Positions 41,206-58,858 of a stretch of DNA of 64,000 nucleotides are shown here, in pieces. The position numbers and the translations under genes are program-made. Location of the stretch: the NCBI RefSeq assembly GCF_009914755.1, contig NC_060942.1; one strand, given 5' to 3'. The notes beneath the pieces were generated by a model. The model was not told where the DNA came from. It was given only the letters and a program-made list of their open reading frames with translations, and did no database searches. This DNA comes from the human T2T-CHM13v2.0 reference genome, Homo sapiens. Positions within the stretch are counted from its first letter, which is position 1. The number at the start of each line of letters is the position of its first letter.

Positions 41206-44200
41206 CAGCATCTTTATTTTACAGATGAGAAAATTGAAGACCAAGATCGCACAGCTGGTAAGTAACAGAACCAGGACTTTTACCCACATTTTCTGCTTTT
41301 AAGCCCAGAAACTAGATCCTTACTGATAGTGGCATATTGATACCCTGGGAATGGGAAGCAGAATGAATGTTTACACCCTTCATTTGTTCTTCCTAGGTGG
41401 ATACACTGACTATGGCAGCAATATAAACAGTGTAATTTTATGCCATCAATCAAATGAGCTTTATGATAAATGTGTAAGAAAGACGATATGCAATGTAAAA
41501 GGTGAAAATTACAATGAGATAAGCAGGTAGCTGATACAATAATCCAGACCCATAACTATGGTGATAAAAGTAACTTAAAGGGGTAGACATAGTTTTTTAA
41601 AATGCTTTTTGAAGGAAAAAAAGTCAAGACATTTTTCATGGTAATAATGTGAGTAACAGATTGACAAGGTCAATAAGTGAAAATGGAGTACAAGTAATAG
41701 GCAAGCACACTAACCTGTCCTACTTTGGTGAGATGATTCCAAAACCTGTCTACACACTGGAATCATGCTCTGGAGATCCTTAATGAGTAGGATCTATGCA
41801 TTTGATATAGAGAGATGTATAAATAGGAATCTCGGGAAATTCCTACCTTGTACAAGCTCTTGAAACAACCAAGTGTGAGCACAGTAGTTTATGCTCAAGA
41901 TTCTGCAACCGTACCATCTGTGGACCACCCCTAGCCATGTAACAGGATTAGGAAGATAAAAATGAATTCCAATGGGTTGCCATTAGCAGTAATGGTAGCT
42001 GCTTTACCAACTCTAGCCAGCTTGGCAAGTGGCTTCAAATAAAATAGTGTGAGAGCAGTCACCATGTCACTGGACTTTGAAGTCAGGGACTGGATACAAC
42101 CTAGAATATGTCACCCAGCCCACATAGGAGGGTGCACTTCTCCGTGAAGCATTTATAACAGGGAAGACAGTGGTATCACACATAAAGACGTTCTCTCTTC
42201 CATTCTTACTGAATATGCAACAGCAGCAAGGTACCATTGTCTAGCAAACACTCCTAATGCTGACAGCTCAGTATGTTACCAAAGCTCACTGTAAATATTA
42301 TTTTCCTGCTCTACTAGACAACGAAAATTATTGTAACTGGGAGAAACAGGTACAGAGAAGAATAATGACCCTCTGCACACTCTTATTTTTTAATTTACAA
42401 GTACAGAAACTTTAGGCAGAGATGCTGCTGTCTAGGGTACCTCTAGGACATTATACAATTGAGATGGAACACTTTGGCCTTCTCTGGAGACAAATGATGG
42501 ACTCCTCCAAATGTTGTTCACAACCCCAGAGGCTTTATTTCAGTATAAGTGAGGAATATGCCTCTAGAAACAATGTGTGAGGTAAATCTTCCTTAAGAAT
42601 AAAAGATGCTAAGACTGGGAAATGGGAAGACTTAAATAGCTGCAACATTTACATGTGCCCAATTATCTTTAATAATTACAACATCTAAAGCCTGAGAAAC
42701 TGACATGCCATTGTTCTAATCAGTGCCCAGCCCTCCGCCACACAAAGGCTTTCATTCAACGTTTCAGCTCTGAAGTCTCTCGATGGAGCTGCTGTTGTCT
42801 GAACCCTCACAGACCATAGAAGACAGGCCGTTTTTGAGAAGCTGAGTTAGGGGCTACCCAGTTCTCAGTTTCACACTTGTTTGGCCTGATTCTTGGGGTT
42901 TTTGCTTCGCTAAGATCAAAATTTTCAAGGTAATGAGGAACTCACGAGCTGCTATGGGATCAGAATAGAAATGTTTCTGACATTTCTAATAGGTTGACTA
43001 GATATTTAAAATTCTACCAAATAACAGAATGAGGAAGCTTTTTATTGCACTAATTAATATGAAGATAGATTAAAAAGGATATATTTTAAAAAGGAACAAT
43101 ATTCTCTATTTCAGTTGGATTTTTACATATATTACTACCTGCATGAAATTTTGAAATACAGAATTCTAGGAAGTAAATTTGGAGAGTCATTCATGAACTA
43201 ATTTCCCACCTAATTCCTACTTATAACCTAACATCTTAATAAAATTATGTTCAAAATTAAGGCCATTGGTCATGTTATTAAAAATGATTACTGTTACTGG
43301 TTTTCACATCTTGATAAATAATTCTTGAGCTATGTTTTTAACTTAGTCATGTTGCTACTAAAAGATATACTTAAACTAAAATGAGAAAAGGAATAAAATA
43401 AATAATTAGCACTTGCAAAATACAAGATTTGAAAAATAGGCCATATTAAAATTTTTTCAACTCCCTTCATCTTTTTATCTTCTTTAAACAACTTTAATGC
43501 AATTACTTTACCTTTCAAAAGGCAAAATGGAAAAACAAGATGGTTGAATAAAAGTTTCCCCTAATTGTCTCCCCCCTCCACAAGAATATCAATTTAACAA
43601 CTATCTACAAAAAGAAAAAACAACAACAACATACAACAACATATACAAACAAAAAAAAACCCACCTTTATAAGAAGAAAAATCAGGTGAGCACTCACAGT
43701 ACCTGGTTTTAACTTCATACAGTTGAAAGAGGCACTGAAGAGGTAGGAAAAACAGTCTTGAATGACCAACATCACCCCTTCCTCCATCCTCTGGCAGCGG
43801 CCAGCGGCCATGTGGTGCAGAGAGCATTTTTTTTTCCACTGGGGAGAAGAAGAGCGCAGCAATTGTGAAGCATTGAACTCAGTTTTGTCCTGTAATAGCA
43901 GAAAGGAAAATTGGGCCAAACTCAGCTGATTCCCATTCACAGAGGGAGCATTTAAACCAGCCCTAGCTAGAGGGGAATCATTGACTCCAGCTGTGGGAAC
44001 TTGAGTTCCTGCAAACCTCGCCAGTGTAGGCTAAAGTGCTCTGGGGCTCCAAATATACTTGAAAGGCAGTCTAGGCCATAAGGACTACAACTTTTAGGTG
44101 AGTCTTAGTGCTGAACTGGGCCCAGAGCCAGTAGACTAAAAGGGCATGTGACCTTTTGAGACACTAACTGGGGCAGCTAAAGGGATGCTGGCATCACCTC

Positions 44201-45646
44201 TCCCCAACACCAGGCTGAACAGCTTATGGCTTCAAAAGAGGCCACTTCCCTCTGCTTGAAGAAAGGAAAGAAGAGGAAAGACTGGGGAGGACTTTGTCTT
44301 GCATCTTGGATACCAGCTCAGCCCCAGCAGGACAGAACACCAATCAGAGTCATGAGGCCCCCCTTTCTAGGCCCTAGCTCCCAGGTGACATTTTTAGATA
44401 CACACTGGGCCAGAAGGGAACCTGCTGCCTTAAGAAAAGAACCCAGTCCTGGCAAGATTCATCATCTGCTGACTGAAGAGCCTTTGGATCCTGAATAATC
44501 AGCAGTGATACTCAGTTACCATGTCATGGGCCTTGGGCGAGACTCTGAGACTTGTTAGCTTCAGGTGAGATGCAGCACATTCCCAGTTGTGGTGACTAAG
44601 GGGGCAAGACTCCTTCCATTTAAGAAAAGTAGAAGGAAAAGCAAAGGGGAATTTGTCTTGCACCTTAGTTACCAGCTTGGCCACAGGGGGTAATGCACCA
44701 AGTGAGCTCTTGGGGTCTCCAATGCCACGAGTTGGCACTTGGACAGCATTTCTGGACCTGCCCTGGGCCAGGGAGGAGCCCACTGTCCTGAAGGGTGAGT
44801 CCCAGGCCAGGCAGCATTCATCACAAGCTGACTGAAGAGACCTTGAGCCTTATGAAAACATTGGGGATAGTCTGGCACTCCTCCCCTTGGGCCTATGGTG
44901 GTGGTGGCCATGGGATGAGGCTCCTCTGCCTTTGGAAAGGAGAGGGAAGAGTGGGAAGAGCTGCATCTTGTGGTTTGGGAGCCAGCTCAGCCACAGTATA
45001 ATGGAACACCAAGTAGACTTCTAAGGTTTTTGACCCTAGTCCCTGGCTCCCAGATGGCACATCTGGACACACCTGAAGCCTGGAGGAACTTGCCACCCTG
45101 AAGGGAAGAACACAAGTGAAGAACACAAACCTGGCTGGCCTTGCCACCTGCTGACTATAGATCCTCAGGGCCTTGAACAAACATAGGCCATAGCCAGGGA
45201 GTGTATACAGCAGGCCTTGGGAAAGACCCAGTGCTGTTCTGGCTTTAGGTCTGACCCATCACAATCCTAGTGGTGGTGGCCACAGGGGTGCTTGTGTCAC
45301 ACCACCCCCAGCTCAAGGTAGCTCAGAACAGACAATAGAGACTTCATTCATTTGAGAAAAATATGTGAAGAGAACAAGTCTCTGACCGATAATTCAGTGA
45401 TTCTTCTGGATCTTGTCCAAGACCATCAAGGCAGTACATTTATGAGTCTGCAAGAACCACAGAGTTACTGGGCTTAGGGTGCCCCCTAAGGGGGCACAAT
45501 ACTCAAGTCTTTTTGAATATCTGGAAAGCCTTCCCAAGAAGGATGGGCACAGATAAGCCAAGGCTGAGAAGACTACAATAAATACCTAACTCTTCAATGC
45601 CCAGACACTGAAGAATATCTACAAGCATTAACAACATCCAGGAAAC

Positions 45647-46830
<1,184 letters not shown>

Positions 46831-47320
46831 AAAAAGAAATCTTCTGAAGGTATGAAACTCACTGGTAACAGTAAGTACACAGAAAACCAGAATATTATAA
46901 CACTGTAACTGTGGTGTGTAAACTACTCTTAAGTAGAAAGACTAAATGATGAACCAATCAGAAATAACAACTACAATGACTTTTCAAGACATAGTACAAT
47001 AAGATATAAATAGAAACAACAAAAAGTTAAAAAATGGGGGGATGAAGTTAAGGCATAGATTAGTGTATTCATTTTCTTTTTGCTTGTTTGTTTATGCAAA
47101 CAGTGCTGAGTTGTTATCAGCTTAAAATAATGGGTTATAAGATAGTTTTAGCAAGCCTCATGGTAATTTTAAACCAAAAAACATACAATGGATACACACA
47201 CACAAAAAAAGGAAGAAACTAAGTCATATCACCAAAGAAAATCATCTTCACTAAGAGGAAGACAGGAAGAAAAGAAAGAAGGAGGAAAGACAACAAAACA
47301 ACCAGAAAACAAATAACAAA

Positions 47321-50300
47321 ATGGCAGGATTAAGTTCTTACTTACCAATAATAACATTGAATGTAAATGAACTAAACTCTTTAATCAAAAGGCATAGAGT
47401 GGCTTCACTGATTTTAAAAAAAAAACAATGATCTATTGCCTATAAAAAAGAAACACACTTCACCTATAAAGAAACACATAGACTGAATATAAACGGATAG
47501 AAAAAGATATTGCATACCAATGGAAACCACAAAAGGGCAAGAGTAGCTATACTTATACCAGAAAAAAGTAGATTTCAAGACAAAAACTATAAGAAGAGAC
47601 AAAGAAGGTCATTATATAATGATAAAGGGGCTAATTCAGCAAGAGGATATAACAATTTTAAATATATATGCACCCAACACTGGAGCATCTAGATATATAA
47701 AGCAAATATTATTATAGCTAAGGAAAGACATAGGCCTCAATCAATAATAGCTGGAGAGACTTCAACACCCTTACTTTCAGCATTGGACAGATCTTCCAGA
47801 CAGAAAATCAACAAAGAAACATCAGACTACACTTAATCTGTAGTATAGCCCAATGGACCTAATAGATATTTACAGAATGTTTTATTCAACAGCTGCAGAA
47901 TTCACATTCTTTTCTTCAGTACATGAATTATTCTCAAAGATAGACCATATGTTAGCTCACAAAACAAATCTTAAACATTCAAAAAAATTAAAATAATATT
48001 AAGCATCTTCTCTGCCCACAATGAAGTAAAACTAGAAATCAATAACGAGATATTTGAAACTATATGAATACATGGAAATTAACAATATACTTCTGAATGA
48101 CCAGTGGGCCAATGAAGGAATTAAGAAGGAAATTGAAAATGTTTTTTGAAACCAATGATAATGGAAGCACCACATACCAATTCCTATGGGACACAGCAAA
48201 AGCAGTAATAAAAGGAAAGTTTATAGCTATATGTGTTTACATCAAAAAAGAAGAAATGCTTCAAATAAAAAACCCTAATGATTCATCGTAAAGAATTTGA
48301 AAAGCAAGAGCAGACTAAAATCAAAATTAATAGAAGAAAAGAAATAATAAAGATCAGAGCAGAAATAAATGAAATTGAAATGAAGAAAACAATACAAAAT
48401 ATCAAGAAAACAAAAGCTTGGTTTTTTAAAAAGTTAAACGAAATTGACAAATCTTTAGCCAGATTAAGAAAAAAAAAGAAGATACAAATAAAATCAGAGA
48501 TGAAAAAAGAGACATTATAACTGATACTGCAAAAATTCAAAGGATTATTAGTTGCTAGTATGAGCAACTAAACGACAATAAATTGGAAAATATAGAAAAA
48601 GCAGACAAATTCCTAGACACATACAACCTAGCAAGACTGAACCAGGAAGAAGTCCCAAACATGAACAGACCAATAACAAGTAACAAGATCGAGCCATAAT
48701 AAAAAGTATCTCAGTGAGGAAAAGCCCAGAATCCAATGGCTTCACTCCTGAATTCTACCAAATATTTAAAGAACTAATACCAATCCTACTCAAACATTTC
48801 CAAAAAATAGAAGAGAAGGGAATACTTCCAAACTCACTCTATGAGGCTAGTATTACCCTGATACCAAAACCAAAGACACATTAAAAACAAAAAAAAGAAA
48901 ACTACAGGCCAATATCTCTGATAAATATTGATGCAAAAATCCTCAACAGAATAACAGCAAAGAGAAGTCAACTCTACATTAAAAATATTATTTATTATAA
49001 CCAAGTGGGATTTATTCCTGGTTAGCAAGGATGGTTCAACATATGGAAATCAATCAATGTGATACATCATATCAACAGAATGAAGGAAAAAAAACCACAT
49101 GATCATTTCAATTGATTCTGCAAAAGTATTTGATAAAATTCAACATCCCTTCATGATAAAAACCCTCAAAAACTGAGTATACAAGGAATATACCTCAACA
49201 TAATAAACCCCAGACATGACAGACCCAAGCTAGTATCATACTGAATGAGGAAAAACTGAAAGCCTTTCCTCTAAGATCTGGAACACAATAAGGATGCCCA
49301 GTTTTTCCATTGTTATTCAACATATTATTGGAAGTCCAAGCTAGAGCAATCAGATGAGAAAGAAATAAAGGGCATCCAAATTGAAAAAGAGGTCCAATTA
49401 TCCATGTCTACAGATGATACAATCTTATATTTGAAAAAAAACCTAAAGGCTCCACCACAAAACTATTAGAGCTGATAAACAAATTAAGTAAATTTGCAAA
49501 ACACAAGATCAAAACACAAAAATCAGTAGCATTTCTATATGCCAACAGTGAACAATCTGAAAAAGAAATCAAAATGTAACCCATTTACAAGAGCCACAAA
49601 TAAAATTAAATACCTAGGAATTAAGCAAAGAAGTAAAGGATCTCTATAAAGAAAACTATGAAACATTGATGAAAGATATTGAAGAGGACACCAAAAAATG
49701 GAAAGATATTTTATGTTCATGGATTGAAAGAATCATATTGTTAAAATGTCCATACTACCCAAAGCAATCTATAGATTAATTGCAATCCCTACCAGAATAC
49801 CAATAATATTCTTCACAGAAATAGAAAAGACAATCCTACAATTTACATGGAACAATGAAAGACCCAGAATAGCCAAAGCTATGCTAAGCAAAAGAACGAA
49901 ACTGAAAAAATAACATTACCTGACTTCAAATTATATTGCAGAGCTATAGTAACCAAAATAGCAGGGTACTGGCATAAAAACAAACACATAGACCAAAGGA
50001 ACAGAGTAGAAAACCCAGAAACAAATCTACACACGTACAGCAAATTCATTTTTGACAAAGGTACCAAGAACATACCGTGGGGAAAAGACAGTATCTTCAA
50101 GAAACGGTCCTGGGAAAACTGGATATCCATATGCAAACGAATGAAACTAGACTCTGATCTCTTACCATATATAAAAATCAAATCAAAATGGATTAAAGGC
50201 TTAAACTAAGACCTCAAACTGTGAGACTACTATAAGAAAACATTGAGGAAACTCTCTAGGACATTGGTCTGGCAAAAATATTTTAAGTAATATCCCACAA

Positions 50301-51066
50301 GCACAGTCAACCAAAGCAAACATGGACAAATGGAATCACATCAAGTTAAAAATCTCCTTTACAGCAAATGAAACAATCAACAATTTGAAAAGACAGCCCA
50401 CAGAATAGGAGAAAATATTTGCAAAGTACTCATGTGACAAGGGATTAATAACCAGAATATATAAGGAGCTCAAACAACTCTACAGGAAAAAGTCTAATAG
50501 TCTGATTTTAAAATGGGCAAAAGATTTGAATAGACATTTCTCAAAAGAAGACACACAAATGGCCAACAGGCATATGAAAAGTTGCTCGACATCACTGATC
50601 ATCAGAGAAATCCAAATCAAAATTAAAATGAGATATCTCACCCCGGTCAAAATGCCTTGTATTAAAAAGACAGGCAATAACGAATGCTGGCAAGGATATG
50701 GAGGAAAGGGAACCCTCATATACTGTTGGTGGGAATGTAAATTAGTACAACCACTAAGGAGAACAGAAAGGGAAGGAAAGAAAAGAAAGGAAATCAGTAT
50801 ATCAAACAGATAATCGCATATCCATGTTTGTTGCAGCACTGTTCACAATAGCCAAAATTTGGAAGCAAACTAATTGTTGACCAACAGATGACTGGATAAA
50901 CAAAATGTGGTACATAGATACAATGGAGTACTATTTGGCTATAAAAAGGAATGAGTTCCAGACATTTGCAACAACATGGGCGGAACTGGAGGTCATTATA
51001 TTAAGTAAAATAAGCCAGGCACAGAAAGACTAATATCACATGTTCTCATTTATTTGTGGTATCTAA
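47321..51066 (+). pseudogene. L1MA ORF2 (EN/RT) relic
   Basis: MAGLSSYLPIITLNVN start; [22 protein letters not shown]; [27 protein letters not shown]. Confidence 0.85.
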
Positions 51067-51529
51067 AAATTCAAACAACTGAACTCGTGGACATAGAGAG
51101 TACAAGGATCGTCACCCAGAGGCTGAGAATGGTAGTGGGAGGGTGGAGGGGAGGTGTGGATGGTTAATAGGTACCAAAAAAAAAAAAAAAAAAAAAATAG
51201 AAAGAATGAATAAGACCTAGTATTTCATAGCACAACAGGGTGACTATAGTCAATAAAAATTTAAATGTACATTTTAAGATAACCAAAACAGTATATTTGG
51301 ATTATTTGTAACACAAAGGATAAATGCTTGAGGGGATAGATACCCCATTTTACATGACGTGATTGTTACGCATGCATTGCATGCCTGTATCAAAACATCT
51401 CATGTCTCCAATTTATATATGCACCTACCATGTACCCACAAAAATTAAAATAAATTTTTTTTTCAAAACCAGATATATATCTTAAAAAAGGTAAACTGGC
51501 TTATTTTCCCTGCCTTTCATAAATTTTAC

Positions 51530-51710
51530 TGATAGCTTCAGGCTGTATTCCCTCAAAGTGTGACCTAGGAAATCCTGCATGAGATTTACCTGGGAAACTG
51601 GTGAAAACTGTAAATTTCCAGGCCAATTTTAGGTACTGGAACCCAGGCATCAGCATATTAGAAGTTACCTCAGATGATTAATGGTGATACTGAAGGTTGA
51701 GAATGTCTAG
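51530..51710. mobile_element. MER5-like relic
   Basis: TCCCTCAAAGTGTGACC..GCATGAGATTTACCTGGGAAACTGGTGAAAACTGTAAATTTCCAGGCC..AAGGTTGAGAAT. Confidence 0.65.
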
Positions 51711-52035
51711 GCTTTATTTTTTAAAATAGACTCTATTGTATATATTTAAGGTATACAACATGATGTTTTGGTATACTGATCGATAGTAAAATTGGCTTTT
51801 TGAAAATAAACCACATCTCATTGGAGTTGCAGAGTTCCAAAGAAGACTCAGATCCACAATTGTTTAGTAAACAAAGAAAAAGAACTGTGCAAAACTTACC
51901 AGTCCACAGGATTTTTCTCAATTTTATTCAACGTAAGCAACATTTTCTTAGCATTTTGTGAGTCACTAAATAAAAATAAACCAGACTCAATGTCCTTGAC
52001 CTCATAGTGAAGGAGATTGAAAGCTCTATTTTAGA

Positions 52036-52940
52036 AGGAGGAGCCAAGATGGCCGAATAGGAACAGCTCTGGTCTACAGCTCCCAGCGTGAGCCACGCAG
52101 AAGATGGGTGATTTCTGCATTTCCATCTGAGGTACCAGTTTCATCTCACTAGGCAGTGCCAGACAGTGGGTGCAGGTCAGTGGGTGCGCGCACCGTGCGC
52201 GAGCCGAAGCAGGGCGAGGCATTGCCTCACTCGGGAAGCGCGAGGGGTCAGGGAGTTCCCTTTCCTAGTTAAAGAAAGGGGTGACTGACAGCACCTGGAA
52301 AATCGGGTCACTCCCACCCGAACACTGCGCTTTTCCGACAGGCTTAAAAAACGGCCCACCACAAGATTATATCCTGCACCTGGCTCTGAGGGTCCTACGA
52401 CCACGGAGTCTCACTGATTGCTAGCACAGCAGTCTGAGATCAAACTGCAAGGCGGCAGCCAGGCTGGGGGAGGGGCGCCCGCCATTGCCTAGCCTTGCTT
52501 AGGTAAACAAAGCAGCTGGGAAGCTTGAACTGGGTGGAGCCCACCACAGCTCAAGGAGGCCTGCCTGCCTCTGTAGGCTCCACCTCTGGGGGCAGGGCAC
52601 AGACAAACAAAAAGACAGCAGTAACCTCTGCAGACTTAAATATCCCTTTCTGACAGCTTTGAAGAGAGCAGTGGTTCTCCCAGCACGCAGCTGGAGATCT
52701 GAGAACGGGCAGACTGCCTCCTCAAGTGGGTCCCTGACCCCTGACCCCCGAGCAGCCCAACTGGGAGGCACCCCCCAGCAGGGGCACACTGACACCTCAC
52801 ACGGCAGGGTACTCCAACAGACCTGCAGCTGAGGGTCTGGTCTGTTAGAAGGAAAACTAACAAACAGAAAGGACATCCACACCAAAAACCCATCTGTACA
52901 TCACCATCATCAAAGACCAAAAGTAAATAAAACCACAAAG
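52036..52940. promoter_or_regulatory. L1 5'UTR: internal sense promoter (YY1 site CAAGATGGCC 52045-52054) and antisense promoter
   Basis: CpG-rich primate L1 5'UTR with intact YY1 core and TGCATTTCCATCTGAGGTA RUNX-type site; actual activity not shown by sequence. Confidence 0.8.
52177..52485 (-). pseudogene. L1 ORF0 with premature stop at codon 25
   Basis: ATG 52485 reads MAGAPPPAWLPPCSLISDCCASNQ* (TGA 52413-52411, CGA>TGA); the same frame continues VGPSEPGAGYNLVVGRFLS... Confidence 0.85.
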
Positions 52941-53957
52941 ATGGGGAAAAAACAGAACAGAAAAACTGGAATCTCTAAAAAGCAGAGTGCCTCTTCTCCT
53001 CCAAAGGAACGCAGTTCTTCACCAGCAATGGAACAAAGCTGGACAGAGAATGACTTTGACGAGCTGAGAGAAGAAGGCTTCAGACGATCAAATTACTCTG
53101 AGCTACGGGAGGACGTCCAAACCAAAGGCAAAGAAGTTGAAAACTTTGAAAAAAATTTAGAAGAATGTATAACTAGAATAACCAATACAGAGAAGTGCGT
53201 AAAGGAGCTGATGGAGCTGAAAACCAAGGCACGATTACTACGTGAAGAATGCAGAAGCCTCAGGAGCTGATGCGATCAACTGGAAGAAAGGGTATCAGCA
53301 ATGGAAGATGAAATGAATGAAATGAAGCGAGAAGGGAAGTTTAGAGAAAAAAGAATAAAAAGAAATGAGCAAAGCCTCCAAGAAATATGGGACTATGTGA
53401 AAAGACCAAATCTACGCCTGATTGATGTACCTGAAAGTGATGGGGAGAATGGAACCAAGTTGGAAAACACTCTGCAGGATATTATCCAGGAGAACTTCCC
53501 CAATCTAGCAAGGCAGGCTAACATTCAGATTCAGGAAATACAGAGAATGCCACAAAGATACTCCTCGAGAAGAGCAACTCCAAGACACATAATTGTCAGA
53601 TTCACCAAAGTTGAAATGAAGGAAAAAATGTTAAGGGCAGCCAGAGAGAAAGGTCGGGTTACCCTCAAAGGGAAGCCCATCAGACTAACAGCGGATCTCT
53701 CGGCAGAAACCCTACAAGCCAGAAGAGAGTGGGGGCCAATATTCAACATTCTTAAAGAAAAGAATTTTCAACCCAGAATTTCACATCCAGCCAAACTAAG
53801 CTTCATAAGTGAAGGAGAAATAAAATACTTTACAGACAAGCAAATGCTGAGAGATTTTGTCACCACCAGGCCTGCCCTAAAAGAGCTCCTGAAGGAAGCA
53901 CTAAACATGGAAAGGAATAACCGGTACCAGCCCCTGCAAAATCATGCCAAAATGTAA
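52941..53957 (+). pseudogene. L1 ORF1p with one in-frame TGA (53268-53270)
   Basis: MGKKQNRKTG...EECRSLRS* then MEDEMNEMKREGK...LQNHAKM in the same frame; CpG-type CGA>TGA. Confidence 0.95.
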
Positions 53958-54020
53958 AGACCATTGAGACTAGGAAGAAACTGCATCAACTAACGAGCAA
54001 AATCACCAGCTAACATCATA

Positions 54021-57849
<3,829 letters not shown>

Positions 57850-58858
57850 ACAATGAGAACACATGGACACAGGAAGGGGAACATCACACTCTGGGGACTA
57901 TTGTGGGGTGGGGGGAGAGGGGAGGGATAGCATTGGGAGATACACCTAATGCTAGATGACGAATTAGTGGGTGCAGTGCACCAGCATGGCACATGTATAC
58001 ATATGTAACTAACCTGCACAATGTGCACATGTACCCTAAAACTTAAAGTATAATAAAAAATAAATAAATAAATAAAATAAAAACTAGAAAAAAAAAGAAA
58101 GCTCTATTTTAGATGCTAGGCATCTAAAGCTGAATAAACTTCTTTCTATGTAATAGTTCACTATCCCAAATACTTCTATCAGTGGGAGGTAAGAGTTGTT
58201 GAAAAAGCATGAAGCAATTACCACAAGGAATTCAAGTGCTACTGAGGGTCTATGAGACTGTGCCAATCTGAATTCTTCTAAAGTCATAGATTCTGTTTGT
58301 TGTTGTTTTTAAGTCAGTTTTATTGAGATATAATTAGTGAGTAGTAAAATTATTAATAACTCCTGGATGTACAGTTCTTGAGATCTGACAGTGTATGGAG
58401 TCATGTAACCACCACCACCATCAATGCATAAAATATTTTCATCTTAAAGAATTTGCTCATGAACCTTCGTAGCTCATCATCTCTCTCCACTTCCAGCATC
58501 TGGCAGCCCCTGGTCTGTCCTATACCTAGTGTTTGCCTTTTCCTGAAAGTCACATAGGAGAATTATGCAGTATTTTACCTTTTCAGTCCGGCTTCTTTCA
58601 CTTTGCATTATGCTTTTGGATTGTCCATGGTGCTAGGTATATTGGTAGGACATTTCTTTTTATAGCTTTTATACTGTATGTTATTAGTATACTACAATTT
58701 GTGTATGCATTCACCAGGTAATGGTATTTGAATTGTTTCCAATTTTTGGATATTTAACTGTAGCTGCTGTAAATGTTTGCCTAACAGTCTTTATGGAGAT
58801 ATGCGTTTTCATTTCTCTTGAGTAAATACCTAAGAAGAACATTGCTGAGTTATAAGGT

